DNA from: an uncultured delta proteobacterium
GTDB lineage: Bacteria > Desulfobacterota > Desulfomonilia > Desulfomonilales > Desulfomonilaceae
DNA: 64,000 nucleotides
Assembly: GCA_963789265.1 (NCBI GenBank)
Contig: CAWBKB010000001.1
Span: 2,304,001-2,368,000 of the forward strand
Direction of reading: 5' to 3'
Below are positions 52,085 to 63,293 of the stretch, piece by piece (position 1 is the first letter of the stretch; each line of letters begins with the position of its first letter). The position numbers and the translations under genes were made by a program. The notes under the pieces are model-generated. The model searched no databases. It was not told the origin of the DNA and worked only from the letters and a program-made list of their open reading frames with translations.

Positions 52085-52210
52085 TACTTTCTCCTTTCAC
52101 ATTGTATAATCCGGCACTCGCGCGAATGGCGCAAATTCCGTAATTCGCATGCCCGTCAGGTGCATCGAAGCGTCGCGTCGGGGACCCGCGAAGTCGGTCA
52201 ATCTTGAGGG

Positions 52211-52932
52211 CTATTGCACCTGATAGTGGAATCGGGTCACGTATTCTTCAAGCATTGCCCTTTTCTCTTCTTGGGACGCTATGGTACCTCGCTTGAGGGC
52301 CAAGGTCCGGTTCGCTTTTCGAGCAACCTGTGGATCGTGGGTTACCATAACAACCGTGCGCCCTTCTTGATTGATCTCTTCAGAAACCTGATGACTTGAG
52401 CGCTTGTTTCAGGATCTAGGCTACCTGTGGGCTCATCCGCCAGGATGATCGAGGGATCATTGGCAAGCACACGAGCCAAAGCCACACGTTGCTGTTGCCC
52501 GACACTGAGTTCGGATGGCTTGTGCTCCAATCTGTCACCCAGTCCAAACCGTTCAAGGAGGTTCGCAGCCCGCGTTTTTTGTTCGTCTTCCCCCAAGCCT
52601 GACAGAAATAGCGGAACCTGAACATTTTCAAGAGCAGAAAGGTATGGAACTAAATTAAATGTCTGAAAAACAAAACCGATCTTCTCTCTTCGAACTGCAG
52701 CTCGGCCATCTGGCGGAAGATCGTAGACAGGCTGATCATCAATCAAGACCTTACCGGAGGATGGCGAAAGCATACCTCCGAGCATGAGCAACAAAGTGCT
52801 TTTGCCGCTGCCGCTCGGGCCTACTATGGATACGAAATCGCCTTCGGGGATATCGACACTGACGTCTGAGAGTACCGTCACGGCTGGTCCCCGATGATTA
52901 TAAGTTTTGCTTACAGCTTCCATTTTCAACAT
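52211..52932 (-). CDS. ABC ATPase, LolD/MacB type (frameshift near 52380)
   Basis: [25 protein letters not shown]-loop VTHD recovered in the shifted frame. Confidence 0.9.
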
Positions 52933-52935
52933 GGA

Positions 52936-54157
52936 TCAAACCTCCTGAAGCGTAGTGAAGGGGTCAAGACGGGCAGCATGGCGGGCCGGGAAATAGCTCG
53001 CAACAAGGGAAATTAAAACGGATATTACTATTGCCCACAATACGAGTGTCGGCATCGGCAACACGATGATTCCGGCTACCTTGGGCCCAAGAATGACTGC
53101 CAGAAACCGTCCCCAGCACATACCCGGCCACTCCGCCGGCAAGACCCAACAACAACGCTTTCAAGAGGAACATCTTCAGCACAAACCTAGATCCGGCTCC
53201 CAAGGCCATCAAGGTTCCGATTTCACGCCTGCGCTCATAGACATTACCGTACATGTAGTTGGCGATGCTCGCTCCCCCCACCAGGACAATGACAGCCAAA
53301 AACACGGTGGAGAGATTCGACATCATGCTATTCGTCTTGATTTGGGTGTCCACAACCTGCCTGATGGTTACGACTTTTGCTTCCGGAAGTAAGTGATTGA
53401 TCTTTGGGACCAGCCCTTTGGATATCTCGTGGCAGCATCCCACGATTTCAATCACGTTGATCACTCGCCCTTTCCCGGCGAGCTGCTGCACCGTGTGCAA
53501 ATGTGCAAAGATGCGTGAATCGTCCACCGTGCCGGTTTGAGGGAGGATCGCCGCCACCGTAAAAGCCTTGCCCATCAGAGACACAGTTTCGTTTCGCTTC
53601 AGGCCCAGAGAGGTCGCGACATCTGCGCCGACGAGCGATTCGTTGGCACTCAGGCTCTGGATGACCCTGGTCCGCACTAATGTTTCTTTAGGTTGTTCGG
53701 GGGTCAGCCCGGGTATAGCCACAACTGTCCCGCAGCCCTTGGGCCGCGAAAACAGCCCCGCGGTTCGCCATGCGGCCTTCGCCTGAAACTCGTTCTTTGG
53801 CAAGATTCCTGTAAGGGTGAACGTGCGGCCGTTCACCTCTACAGGAACTGACAATTTCGGTGAGAGATTGTCCACGCCCTGCAAGTTTGACTGAGTCAGT
53901 CGATTCACGTATTCTTCGGGAAACTCCTGGCCCTGCATATCCGCGCTGTAGTAATTTGCCAGTGATACGGACTTGGGCAGCACCAGAATGTTGGCGCCCA
54001 ATGCATCCAGCTCCTGGGCAACAGCCTTTTCCGAGTAAAAGGTGATGTTCTTGATGGCAACAATCACGGTGATTCCCAGGAGAATAGCAAGTAAACCGGT
54101 AAAGACCTGGTTCTTGCGCTCAAATAGTTCCTTCCACACAAGCTTTCTCAGTCTCAC
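52936..54157 (-). CDS. FtsX/MacB-type ABC permease (frameshift near 53105)
   Basis: LGANILV, ERRREIGTLMALGA, YFPARHAARLDP; periplasmic GCG and GCC. Confidence 0.88.
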
Positions 54158-54168
54158 TCCGCGGCCTC

Positions 54169-54967
54169 CTATTTCGTGGCAGGACAGCACTGCCCGGGCT
54201 TACAGGCCGCTCCGCAGCAACCTTTGGACGCTTTTGCGACGGATGCGACGAGCCGATTTTTGTCGGTTGCCCCCTTAAAGCTCCCTATGATCGATCCGGG
54301 GGGAGCTATGAGAAGAGTCATAGCCTCATTCACAGGGCCGCTTATGCCGAGTCTGGTAAGAAATGGGCGCTCCGTAGGGAGGCTGGGATCAAGCATCAGC
54401 ACCTCTGTGGCTGCTGCGTACCGTTGATCGGCTCTGAAAGCCCGAATACCACTCATAGCCTCCGCGTTCTCACGAGTGCGGCCATTTTGAAGGCACAGGA
54501 AAACCAGTTTGCCATGTTGCAGCTCTCCTAGAAGCTTTTCCATGGCCGGTGTGGCGAGACTTCCGAGAAGCTGTTCCTTGGTGAAATTGCCGGGGAAACC
54601 GGCACTTATGGCGCCGTTGGGGGCCAGCACCATGGCGAGAGGCATTGGTGCTTCTTTGACTCCAAATTTAGCCACAAAACCGGCTTCGGAAGGATCGGTG
54701 ATGGGTATAGCGATTGAATCCGCCTGCCCGCCTAAAGTCGCGACGGCGTTGTTGAACACTGCAGTCAGTCTTTGCGTCTGCGCGTCATTTTGGCGATAAA
54801 AAAAGATGAATAGGTGCCGATGGGCCTTGGCAGCACGATCCATGGCAGCCAGAACCTTTATCCTGTGCCACTTGCGGTGCCTCGGTAGCCCCTTCTGAAA
54901 CAGGGAGCCAAGACATTAAGCCCACAAGGGCCAGTACCAACATTAAGATCCACGCCTTTTGAAGCAT
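54169..54967 (-). CDS. Exported protein with Cys-rich C-terminus (frameshift near 54850)
   Basis: SD gaggagg, signal peptide MLQKAWILMLVL, tail GCCGAACKPGQCCPATK. Confidence 0.7.
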
Positions 54968-55107
54968 AGAATTCCTCCTCTGACCCGACGCGTCACGCCA
55001 CCTCATGGTTCATCCGGAAGGTATTCAAATCTCGCTCACCGCTTTCTTGGTGGTCGGCAGCAGCGATTCCAACAGTGAATGATCAGGGATCACACAGCGG
55101 GCAAGGG

Positions 55108-55482
55108 TCATTTTTCACAAACCGCTCCCGGCGGTAAGTTCTCGCAATGGCCCTCAATGGAGAGGCGGCCGACTAAGAGATCAGCCAGCAGCATCACAGT
55201 CTCCCCATCAACCCAACACTCGGTGTAACGCCCCCTTTTTGCCACGTGAATCAGTCCGGCGATCCTCAGTTCCTTGACGTGGTGAGAGATGGTGGATTGT
55301 GCGATCCCGAGTCCTTTCCCGAGATCTCTGACGCACCTTCGCATCTCGTCATCAAAACCGCAGGACGTGCCGGGGGGGCAGCAGGAAACCAAATGCAGAA
55401 AGATGGCCAATCTGTTGGGGTTGGACAGAGCGGTGAACGCTTCGGCATAACGCGTCAGTCTGTCTGATTGATATATCGACAT
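55108..55482 (-). CDS. ArsR/SmtB family metalloregulator
   Basis: FTALSNPNRLAIF, SCCPPGTSC, IAQSTISHHVKELRIAGLI; TTGACA at 55513-55518. Confidence 0.9.
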   Translation of the reverse strand: MSIYQSDRLTRYAEAFTALSNPNRLAIFLHLVSCCPPGTSCGFDDEMRRCVRDLGKGLGIAQSTISHHVKELRIAGLIHVAKRGRYTECWVDGETVMLLADLLVGRLSIEGHCENLPPGAVCEK

Positions 55483-55568
55483 ACGTGGATGTATCGCATG
55501 GCTGGCCATGTCTGTCAAGGAATATCTCATACGGACCGTAAGCGTTCGGAAATCAGGCGACACCCGCC

Positions 55569-55734
55569 CATAGAGTCTAACTTAAGGCAATTTTATTGCT
55601 TTTGAATAGGGCCATGTGCCATCAAAGTCCCCCTTTTCTAAAGGGGGATTTAGGGGGGTTTTCAAGGAGTTAGACCACCCCCCCCTCTCCCCTCTTTACG
55701 AAAGGGGGGAAAAATCGTTAAGTTAGCGCCTATG
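55569..55734. mobile_element. MITE with IS4-like ends
   Basis: catagagtctaacttaa / ttaagttagcgcctatg (14/17); internal ccccctttt..aaaggggg hairpins. Confidence 0.65.
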
Positions 55735-55838
55735 GGGACACCTCCCTAATTGGGCCTACTATCCGCGAATTGAGTAAGTGTCCCCAGATCCATAAAACCT
55801 CATCGATAAAGCTTAGTTTTCGCCCTCTTCAGGCGCTA

Positions 55839-56003
55839 TCACGTCTTTACGGAAACCTCAGACTTAATGTCAGGCGCGTACTTGCCGCCTCCTTTGTCGT
55901 CTCCTTTGCCCTTTCCTTTTCCGCCACAGTTGCAGGCGAAAGCCGTCATAGTAAAAACCAACACTGTCATCACAACCACGAGTGAGACGATAAGTCTTTT
56001 CAT
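55839..56003 (-). CDS. Small secreted peptide (AFA-CNCGG-K/G-rich)
   Basis: SD ggagg; MKRLIVSLVVVMTVLVFTMTAFA signal peptide. Confidence 0.6.
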   Translation of the reverse strand: MKRLIVSLVVVMTVLVFTMTAFACNCGGKGKGKGDDKGGGKYAPDIKSEVSVKT

Positions 56004-56189
56004 TGAGTTCCTCCGGATTCTGTACATGCTTGCCTGAACGGTAAGGATGATCTTCGACAAACCAGGGACCTCAAATACAGCCTGAGGGGCTAGCTGTAAA
56101 ATCAAGATTACCGGTCGAGGGCTAAAGAACACTCGGGGTACACCCCACGCTTTGCCGCCTCATCTCTGGCAGCAGTAATTAGTTGCTGT

Positions 56190-56519
56190 CTAGAAAAAGG
56201 GCATCATCTTGTTGCTCATCATCTGCTGGCACATTTCCATCATAGCCACAGGCTTGTCCGGGACCTCGCCCATCTTCTTCAATTGATCCTCGGTCAGGAC
56301 AGACTTAGCCTTCTGTCGAGCCTCATTATCAATATCCAGAAGTTGCTTCACTTGCTCGTCGGAAAGTCCGAGAGCCTCCGCCTGCCCGCGAATTGCCGAC
56401 GGTGAGTCCAGGAAGATCGGGGTGCGCATCATAACCATGCATCTCCGCATCATGCTTGGATCTACACCACCTTGCTGCATCATCCCCATCATGTTTTTCA
56501 TCATCATTTGAGGATTCAT
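56190..56519 (-). CDS. Met-rich Spy/CpxP-like helical protein
   Basis: SD aaggagg; LGLSDEQ...VLTEDQ LTxxQ motifs; many Met. Confidence 0.65.
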   Translation of the reverse strand: MNPQMMMKNMMGMMQQGGVDPSMMRRCMVMMRTPIFLDSPSAIRGQAEALGLSDEQVKQLLDIDNEARQKAKSVLTEDQLKKMGEVPDKPVAMMEMCQQMMSNKMMPFF

Positions 56520-56679
56520 AGGGACTGACCTCCTTCCTTCCCTTGTGCTGAGGCTGAGGTTGTTGCTGCTCCGCAGCATGAACGAGAAGCATGCCGACGC
56601 ATAGTCGCGTATGAAGTGAAGCTAAAGGGCACTTGGGGGCCGCCTAGCGTTTTGCTTTGCGACCGGCCCAATCCGATCG

Positions 56680-57777
56680 TCAAGCCCCGAGACGGTCCTT
56701 AGTCCGCGTAAGGTCAGTGCTTTCAACCACTGCGCAAGCGAAGTAACGGCGCTGAAAATACAACGCAACATCGACCAACAGAATCATCACCGGCACTTCG
56801 ACGAGCGGCCCGATTACCGCCGCGAAGGCGGCACCTGAATTAATGCCGAAAACCGACACCGCCACCGCAATTGCGAGCTCAAAGTTGTTGCTGGCAGCAG
56901 TGAGAGACAAGGTGGTTGTTTTACAGTAATCACCGCTGATCTTTGCCGCCATCCAGAAACTCACCATGAACATCACAACGAAGTAGATGCAGAGCGGGAT
57001 GGCGATTCTCACCACGTCCATAGGAATAGTGACGATGAGGTTGCCCTTTAGGCTGAACATGACTACGATGGTGAACAGCAGTGCAATGAGTGTAATGGGA
57101 CTGATCTTGGGGATGAACTTCTTTTCGTACCAGGCTTTCCCCATGCTCTTGATCAATGTAAATCGGGTGATGATTCCTGCGAGGAATGGGATACCCAGGT
57201 AGATGAAGACGCTTTTGGCGATCTGACCCATGGTGATCATAACTATACTTCCACTAAGGCCGAAAAGCGGAGGCAGAATAGTAATAAAGAACCAGGCGTA
57301 AACGCTGTAGAAAAGCACTTGAAAAATGCTGTTGAAGGCAACCAGCCCGGCAGCGTATTCCGTGTCTCCTTTGGCCAGCTCATTCCACACGATGACCATC
57401 GCTATACATCGTGCAAGGCCGATCATGATGAGCCCAACCATGTATTCCGGATAACTTGGTAACAGCAGGATAGCGAGAAAGAACATCAAGATGGGGCCGA
57501 TAATCCAGTTCTGGACCAGGGATAGCCCCAGGACCTTCCAATCACGAAATACGTCGCCGAGCTCTTCATATTTAACTTTGGCCAAAGGCGGATACATCAT
57601 CAGGATAAGCCCTATGGCAATTGGGATATTTGTCGTACCCACCTGGAAATATTGAATGATTCCTTCTACTTTGGGGAAAAAGTAACCGGCGCCAACTCCC
57701 GCCACCATTGCAAGAAATATCCATAGAGTAAGAAACCGGTCAAGAAACGATAATCTTCGAACGACTGCGTCCGGCAT
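56680..57777 (-). CDS. acr3: ACR3 arsenite efflux transporter
   Basis: [44 protein letters not shown]. Confidence 0.95.
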   Translation of the reverse strand: MPDAVVRRLSFLDRFLTLWIFLAMVAGVGAGYFFPKVEGIIQYFQVGTTNIPIAIGLILMMYPPLAKVKYEELGDVFRDWKVLGLSLVQNWIIGPILMFFLAILLLPSYPEYMVGLIMIGLARCIAMVIVWNELAKGDTEYAAGLVAFNSIFQVLFYSVYAWFFITILPPLFGLSGSIVMITMGQIAKSVFIYLGIPFLAGIITRFTLIKSMGKAWYEKKFIPKISPITLIALLFTIVVMFSLKGNLIVTIPMDVVRIAIPLCIYFVVMFMVSFWMAAKISGDYCKTTTLSLTAASNNFELAIAVAVSVFGINSGAAFAAVIGPLVEVPVMILLVDVALYFQRRYFACAVVESTDLTRTKDRLGA

Positions 57778-57864
57778 GGCATCGCGTCCTTTCTCTTTCC
57801 AAGAAATTTCCCATCGTTCCGGGCCGTTGATGGGTTGCGTTGGTTTCTAAGGGGCTGGCTCCTA

Positions 57865-58389
57865 CTACGTATCGAACTGGAACCTTCCCAGGTATTCTTC
57901 CAGCTTACCCTTGTTCTCGTCTCCGAGTTCGGGACAATCCTCCGGTCCTTTCAGCCCTTCGACCGCCCTGAGGGCAAACACCATGCAAGTCGGCTCGCCG
58001 CATTTTCTGCAATTCGTTTTGGGCAAGACCCTCATAATCTCCATCATCTGGGGCACGGGTGGTGCGTCAAAACTAGGCTCGATGTTCTCCCGGTTCTCCC
58101 ACGCCTCGTTTATCTCTTTCTTGAGCCATCCCAGAATTTTTTCAGCCTCTTCTTCGTCGTTGAGCGCGTTCACAAATATCTCGCGAGCGTGCAAGGTGAT
58201 TAGCTTACCGTAAACCCTCAGAGTCAGGGAGACAGGGGATTTGCAATAATCGCCGCCTCCCATAGACGTGTTTAGATATGGCAGTGCCTCGGATATATCC
58301 TGGTCCAGGTGAGCCACGCAATGTACTGACTGAAAACTCGGGTTGCATTTCGGCAGGAACATTTCCTTCGTGTATCCCTGTAACAACAT
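57865..58389 (-). CDS. Protein with C-terminal 4Fe-4S domain (RnfB/AcsC N-terminal-like)
   Basis: LPKTNCRKCGEPTCMVFA...CP. Confidence 0.85.
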   Translation of the reverse strand: MLLQGYTKEMFLPKCNPSFQSVHCVAHLDQDISEALPYLNTSMGGGDYCKSPVSLTLRVYGKLITLHAREIFVNALNDEEEAEKILGWLKKEINEAWENRENIEPSFDAPPVPQMMEIMRVLPKTNCRKCGEPTCMVFALRAVEGLKGPEDCPELGDENKGKLEEYLGRFQFDT

Positions 58390-58669
58390 GGCATTGTCTC
58401 CTTGCGCGATGGAATGATACAGCCCGTCGATTCAGGTCGAGACGACTTATAACAGTTCGCTCTCAAACGAGTGAGAACCCGCAAACAGCGAACCGCACTG
58501 ACCTGGCACCATGACGGTTCTCAGGTCAGTGGCACCCAACATCCGTTCCTGAGGTCCTGGGTGCCGTCCCGCGTCCCGCGGGAAGCTTTGTCAGATCCGT
58601 GCCGTATTCATGATTTGGTATCCAACCGATATCACTTTCTTGAAAGCAAATCGGTATTACCGCTCTCCC

Positions 58670-59242
58670 CTATTCCTTAGCCCCGTGCGCTTTCAGAAAG
58701 GCCACGAGTTCCGGATTGCCCTTGGAGCTCTTAGACGCCATGATCAGAGCCGTCACCCCATCCTTAGCCTTGACGTTTATGTCGGCTCCCTTGTCCAGTA
58801 GCAGCTTCACCACTTCTATCTTGTTGTACAGGCAAGCGCCCATTAGCGGGGTAATGCCAATGCTATTCTGTTCGTTGACATCAGCTCCTTTATCTAGGAG
58901 ATACCGGACCACGTCAGTGCGGCCCAGTACGCAAGCCGCCTTCAAAGGGGAATTTCCCCCCGCGTCTTTGCCATTGACGTCGGCGCCATGGTCCACCAGA
59001 AACGTCGCCATCTTCATGTCTCCGTTCAATGCAGCAAAGATGAGGGGAGACAAGCCGGATTCACCAATTGTATTGGGCTTCGCTCCTTGTTCAAGCAGAT
59101 GCTGAACCGTTTTGAGGTCGCCCTTCTGTGCGGCTTGGGTCAAAGCCGGGTTCAAATCGTCGGCAGCCCCGACTGAGCCGGCCAGCACTCCGCATAGCAC
59201 CAATGAGAAAATGCTAAAGATAACGATCAAGTTTTTCATCAT
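58670..59242 (-). CDS. Secreted ankyrin-repeat protein
   Basis: Signal peptide; repeated G.TPL..A...G...LL..GADVN. Confidence 0.92.
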   Translation of the reverse strand: MMKNLIVIFSIFSLVLCGVLAGSVGAADDLNPALTQAAQKGDLKTVQHLLEQGAKPNTIGESGLSPLIFAALNGDMKMATFLVDHGADVNGKDAGGNSPLKAACVLGRTDVVRYLLDKGADVNEQNSIGITPLMGACLYNKIEVVKLLLDKGADINVKAKDGVTALIMASKSSKGNPELVAFLKAHGAKE

Positions 59243-59320
59243 ACAGCCCTCTCCAGTTGGTAAAGCCTTTCTATAGAATAGGATTGTTAACTGAGGGGTC
59301 CAAAATGCCGAATACCTCGG

Positions 59321-60487
59321 CTATCTCATTGCTTTTTTTCGCGTGGAATCGCTGCCCTGTGCTGCGATGGCTATGTGAACATCAGAGGAGACAGTTGAGG
59401 CCAGGTCCAAATCAGGTTGACGAGTCCCAGCCTGTTCTCGTCGTCGGCCTATTCCGCTCCTCGTCTGAATCATTTCGGCGATGATGGCAACAGCTAACTC
59501 CTGAGGAGTCTCTCCCCCGATGTGAAGTCCAATCGGCGAATGCACACGCCGAAAATCTTCCTCGCTGAACCCTTCCTTGAGCAGCGTTTGGAACACCACT
59601 GCTGTCTTGCGCCTTGAGCCTATCATTCCGATATAGCGTGCAGGTGTCCTCAAAGCTTGCTCCAGGACGGCCTTGTCATAGGCATGTCCTCTCGTGACAA
59701 TAATGAGGTAGCTATCGTCGTCTATGGGCAGATCAGACAAGGCGCCTCCGTACGAATCTAGGACGATAATCTCGTCGGCCTCGGGAATCTTTACGGACGA
59801 CGCGAATTCGGATCGGTCATCAAGCACAATCACTTTGAAATCAAGGAACGAGGCAAAACGCGCGACCCAAACACCTACATGTCCGGCGCCAAACATATAG
59901 ACTGTACCAGTAGGTTTGATCCACTCGAGAAGAACAGGACATTCCCATCCAGCAAGCTCAGTTAATTGAGCTGCCTTCAGCGCGCGTCTACGGCGCATGG
60001 ACTCGATCAAATCGAGGCACTCAGGGAGTTCCCCTATCCGAAGGCCCGTCCTATCCATCAGAGAATGGTTGAGTCGGTACGAACTGGAGCCCCCGACAGG
60101 CATGGGGACCTCGGAGACAAGATAGGCGGAACCTTTGGTTTGCGTAATATCCGCGAGGCATCGGATGATTTCGTGAAACAGGACGTTGTTGCCATCAACG
60201 TACTCGACCAGGACATCCCCTTCTCCTCCGCAAACCATTTCGCCGGCGCAAAAGGAGAAGACCTCTCGATATGAGGTCCTTGTCTCGATAGCACTGAGTG
60301 CCAACTCCCTCACCCTTGCCTCAAACGATCCCCCTCCGATGGTTCCTACCATTTTCCCTGCCTCATCAATCAAGAGGCGGGTCCCAACATCTCGGGGGCA
60401 GGAACCGTTTACGGCGAGGATGGTGGCCAGAGCCAAAGGTCGGCCTTGAACCAGTTGTTCAGTTGCAGTCTTCCAAATTTCTGACAT
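59321..60487 (-). CDS. XdhC/CoxF family Moco chaperone
   Basis: GTIGGG, MVCGG, FGAGHVG, VTRGHAYD, YIGMIGSRRK, SPIGL..GGETPQE. Confidence 0.9.
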   Translation of the reverse strand: MSEIWKTATEQLVQGRPLALATILAVNGSCPRDVGTRLLIDEAGKMVGTIGGGSFEARVRELALSAIETRTSYREVFSFCAGEMVCGGEGDVLVEYVDGNNVLFHEIIRCLADITQTKGSAYLVSEVPMPVGGSSSYRLNHSLMDRTGLRIGELPECLDLIESMRRRRALKAAQLTELAGWECPVLLEWIKPTGTVYMFGAGHVGVWVARFASFLDFKVIVLDDRSEFASSVKIPEADEIIVLDSYGGALSDLPIDDDSYLIIVTRGHAYDKAVLEQALRTPARYIGMIGSRRKTAVVFQTLLKEGFSEEDFRRVHSPIGLHIGGETPQELAVAIIAEMIQTRSGIGRRREQAGTRQPDLDLASTVSSDVHIAIAAQGSDSTRKKAMR

Positions 60488-60562
60488 CCTCGTGCTCCCT
60501 TAAATCCAGCGACACTGTTGCCTGCGGTACGGATTGCACATAAGCCAAGCTCTTCAAAATTA

Positions 60563-61071
60563 CTAATTTGCAACTTGAGCTTGTGCCTGTGTGACCCAGT
60601 CTTTGATTCTTTTCGTGGGTGGAACCGTGCCCATTGCAACTACCTTTTCATTGATCATAAGAGCGGGCGTCCGGACAAAGCCGTACTTTACGATCTCCTT
60701 CAAATCAGTCACATGTTCAACGGATGCGGGAACGTCCATCTCAGTTAACACTTGCTTTACAGTCTGCTCCAGTCGATTGCACTGGGAGCACCCCGGACCG
60801 AGAACCACAATGCGCAATGATGTTACCGGGGCTTCTTTGTACGGCTGGCCCAGGAATTTCCTGAACTCCCTGAGGAATGCCTCACGATACTCTTGCATCG
60901 CCCCACTCTCGCGATGTAGTTCTTCTCGGATAATCTCTGCAGCAGGGCATCCTGGATCTCCTCGTCGGCCCTCTCCGCATGAGACAGGGCAATTTCCTCG
61001 ATTGCCTCTTTCAGTCCCCTGAGACCGATCTTGTCGCCACCAACCCAAATTTGACTTCCGTCGTCAGCCAT
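60563..61071 (-). CDS. Thioredoxin_3 (small redox-active disulfide) protein with N-terminal extension (frameshift near 60905)
   Basis: VLGPGCSQC, TPALMIN; N-terminal part in ORF 60823-61092. Confidence 0.8.
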
Positions 61072-61094
61072 TTCCGAGCACCTCTGCACCATAG

Positions 61095-61805
61095 CTAGAA
61101 TGCGAATCCAATACTTGGAAACAGCGCCCCAGCGGCAATGTAAATGCCCACAGCAGCGAGAAGCGCTCCCGCAGCCTTCTTGAGTACTAGGTTAGCGACA
61201 TGCATTCGCGTAGAAGTTATGAGATGTTTGGCCGCTCCCGCGGACGTTCCGACTGCGAGGATGAGCAAGCAATGGCCGATGCCGTAGAACAGCATCATAA
61301 TACCGCCGAAAAGCGGTCCTTTGAGAGGAATAACGCTTACGATCAGGAGCAGGGCCGGACCCGTGCACGGAAGCGACACGAGACCGAACATGAAACCGAA
61401 CAGAGCGGCCCCGAGATAACCCGTGTACCTGGGCAGCTTGTCCTGTGAGATCGGCAGTTGGATGTGGAAAATGTCCATGAAATGTAGGCCAAGCAGAACA
61501 CAAATCGCGGCCACTACGTACACCATGTAATCGGATTGCAGGAACGGAGCGGCAGCCAACCCCACACTGAAGAGAACGGCCAGCTCTACACTGAAGCCCA
61601 GAATGAACACGAGTGAAAACAAAAATGACTTCCATGTGGTCACTTCTTCATCCATACCGCCGATGAAGCCGATCAGAAGCGGGACCATCACTATTACGCA
61701 GGGATTCATCGCTGTGAGCGCTCCCCCCGCAAATGAACCGCCCCCTGCCAACCAAATGCTACCCGAAGAAACCCACTGTTGAACGACGGCGAATAATGAC
61801 TCCAT
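61095..61805 (-). CDS. CcdA/DsbD-type membrane thiol-disulfide transporter
   Basis: MNPCV and LPCTGP Cys pair; multiple TM segments. Confidence 0.9.
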   Translation of the reverse strand: MESLFAVVQQWVSSGSIWLAGGGSFAGGALTAMNPCVIVMVPLLIGFIGGMDEEVTTWKSFLFSLVFILGFSVELAVLFSVGLAAAPFLQSDYMVYVVAAICVLLGLHFMDIFHIQLPISQDKLPRYTGYLGAALFGFMFGLVSLPCTGPALLLIVSVIPLKGPLFGGIMMLFYGIGHCLLILAVGTSAGAAKHLITSTRMHVANLVLKKAAGALLAAVGIYIAAGALFPSIGFAF

Positions 61806-61956
61806 GTCTAGACTCCTTGGTTCAATTCACAACCTTGACCAATTTTCTGATGAAGGACTCAAGATTGTTGAGGTTTACTGTGTCTTGAGAATCCCTGAGC
61901 CGGGCCGTCCGAGCCCGGATCAGGGATGTCTCCGAAGGTATCGCTTGTCCATCTCG

Positions 61957-62415
61957 CTACCACGGCCTCCCTTGTGGTGCCTTAGCCTGAGGTACCGGAG
62001 CCGGAGTAGCCCCCTGCGTTTGGCCAGGGACGCCCATCTTGGCAAAAATCTGCGCTATTTGTTCACGTTCGAGTGTGCCCTCGTTTCTGAAGAACTCTTT
62101 CCCGGTGGGCAACAGAAATACTTGAGTGGGCATCATACGAATCCTGAAATCCCTTACCAAAGCTTTATTGGCGTCCATATCAACCGGCATGACGAACGCC
62201 TTGCCTGCATAAGCTTTTGCCATGTCCCTCAAAATCGGTTTCATGTACTTGCACGGTATGCACCAGCCTCGTCCGAATTCCAACAGTATAGGCACATGCT
62301 TCGACATCAATGTCTTTAGATCAATTCTTCCCTCAGCAGCGTAACCCGGTGAAATAACGATCAATGAAGCCATTATGAGGCCGAACACTACTGCCACACC
62401 TAGTTTTTTCTGCAT
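61957..62415 (-). CDS. Exported thioredoxin
   Basis: Signal anchor; WCIPC; MPTQVF. Confidence 0.9.
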   Translation of the reverse strand: MQKKLGVAVVFGLIMASLIVISPGYAAEGRIDLKTLMSKHVPILLEFGRGWCIPCKYMKPILRDMAKAYAGKAFVMPVDMDANKALVRDFRIRMMPTQVFLLPTGKEFFRNEGTLEREQIAQIFAKMGVPGQTQGATPAPVPQAKAPQGRPW

Positions 62416-62627
62416 CACGAAAACCTCCATGCTTTTCTTATTCAAATTCTTCGATTGAGATTATCTATTGACACCCCTCTCGCGGCATCGAGGAACGCCA
62501 AATTTGGAAATGCCAGTTTGTCTTCAATTCCGACGTCACGCGATAGCTCGTGCATGCGGGCCCAGGACTCAAGGCACGTGCTCTTCGCTCGGATTCAAGG
62601 AGCTCAGTCAGGGTTGTTGATCAGGAA

Positions 62628-63099
62628 TCAGATCAAAAGAACGCAGGTAAGCCCAAGGGGAGCAGGAGAATAAAAGCGCGCACTACTCCCCAAGTCTATC
62701 AATAGCGGAGTGCCTCTTGCTGCAACACAGTGACTCGTGAGATGAGGAATGAGAGTGTCACAGCGAGCAGATTTCGATTGGCGTTGGAATTCGCTGAACC
62801 GGCCACCGGTCGGATCTGAGGTGATAGCGGCACGGGGAATAGTTGGGCACTTATGCTTCTTGCAGCAACAATTGGAATTCCCGCCTTGGCCCTCGGCAGT
62901 ACCCAGAGGCATGCCGGAGACTTCACCACGATCATGAGATGCAGTGACCCTGAGGGCAAGGGGGTCAATTCCAATAACACGAAGCGGACGAAGAATCTCG
63001 CGGGCGCAGAAGAAACCCTGTCCCCGTCATGAGTTGGCAACCAAGCACCAGAGCCATGACGAGACCTGTTGAGCTTTTGTGTGCACCGATATTCTTCAT
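62628..63099 (-). CDS. Cys-rich hypothetical protein (probable frameshift near 63015)
   Basis: Joined frames: hydrophobic N-terminus, NCCCKKHKCP, C-terminus PAPLGLTCVLLI. Confidence 0.5.
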
Positions 63100-63293
63100 G
63101 CTCCAACTATCTCACAGTCGGCATATAGCCTCGTTGTCGTACGCCCCGGCTCCTTCCGTTTTTGCCGAGTCCTCCGATCAACGATCCGTGGCAAGTTACC
63201 GTATCCTGGAGGCATTCCTACCACAGCACCCCACCACAGTCAAGTCCGAATCATCGAGAGACCAACCATTTTCAACTCTGCTCTGTGTTCCGC

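Noticed and set aside
55080..55115. ArsR could extend to ...CENDPCPLCDP* if one A of a 5-A run is an error
   Set aside because: An attractive Cys tail, but it needs an unverified correction and the ORF is already complete
57865..58389. Possible hgcA/hgcB mercury methylation genes near the ars locus
   Set aside because: No NVWCAAGK cap-helix motif and no HgcB-type ferredoxin with terminal CC in the window
61891..61927. Strong hairpin between thioredoxin and ccdA as a possible riboswitch
   Set aside because: A simple palindrome with no recognisable aptamer; more likely another REP-like or RNA-stability element
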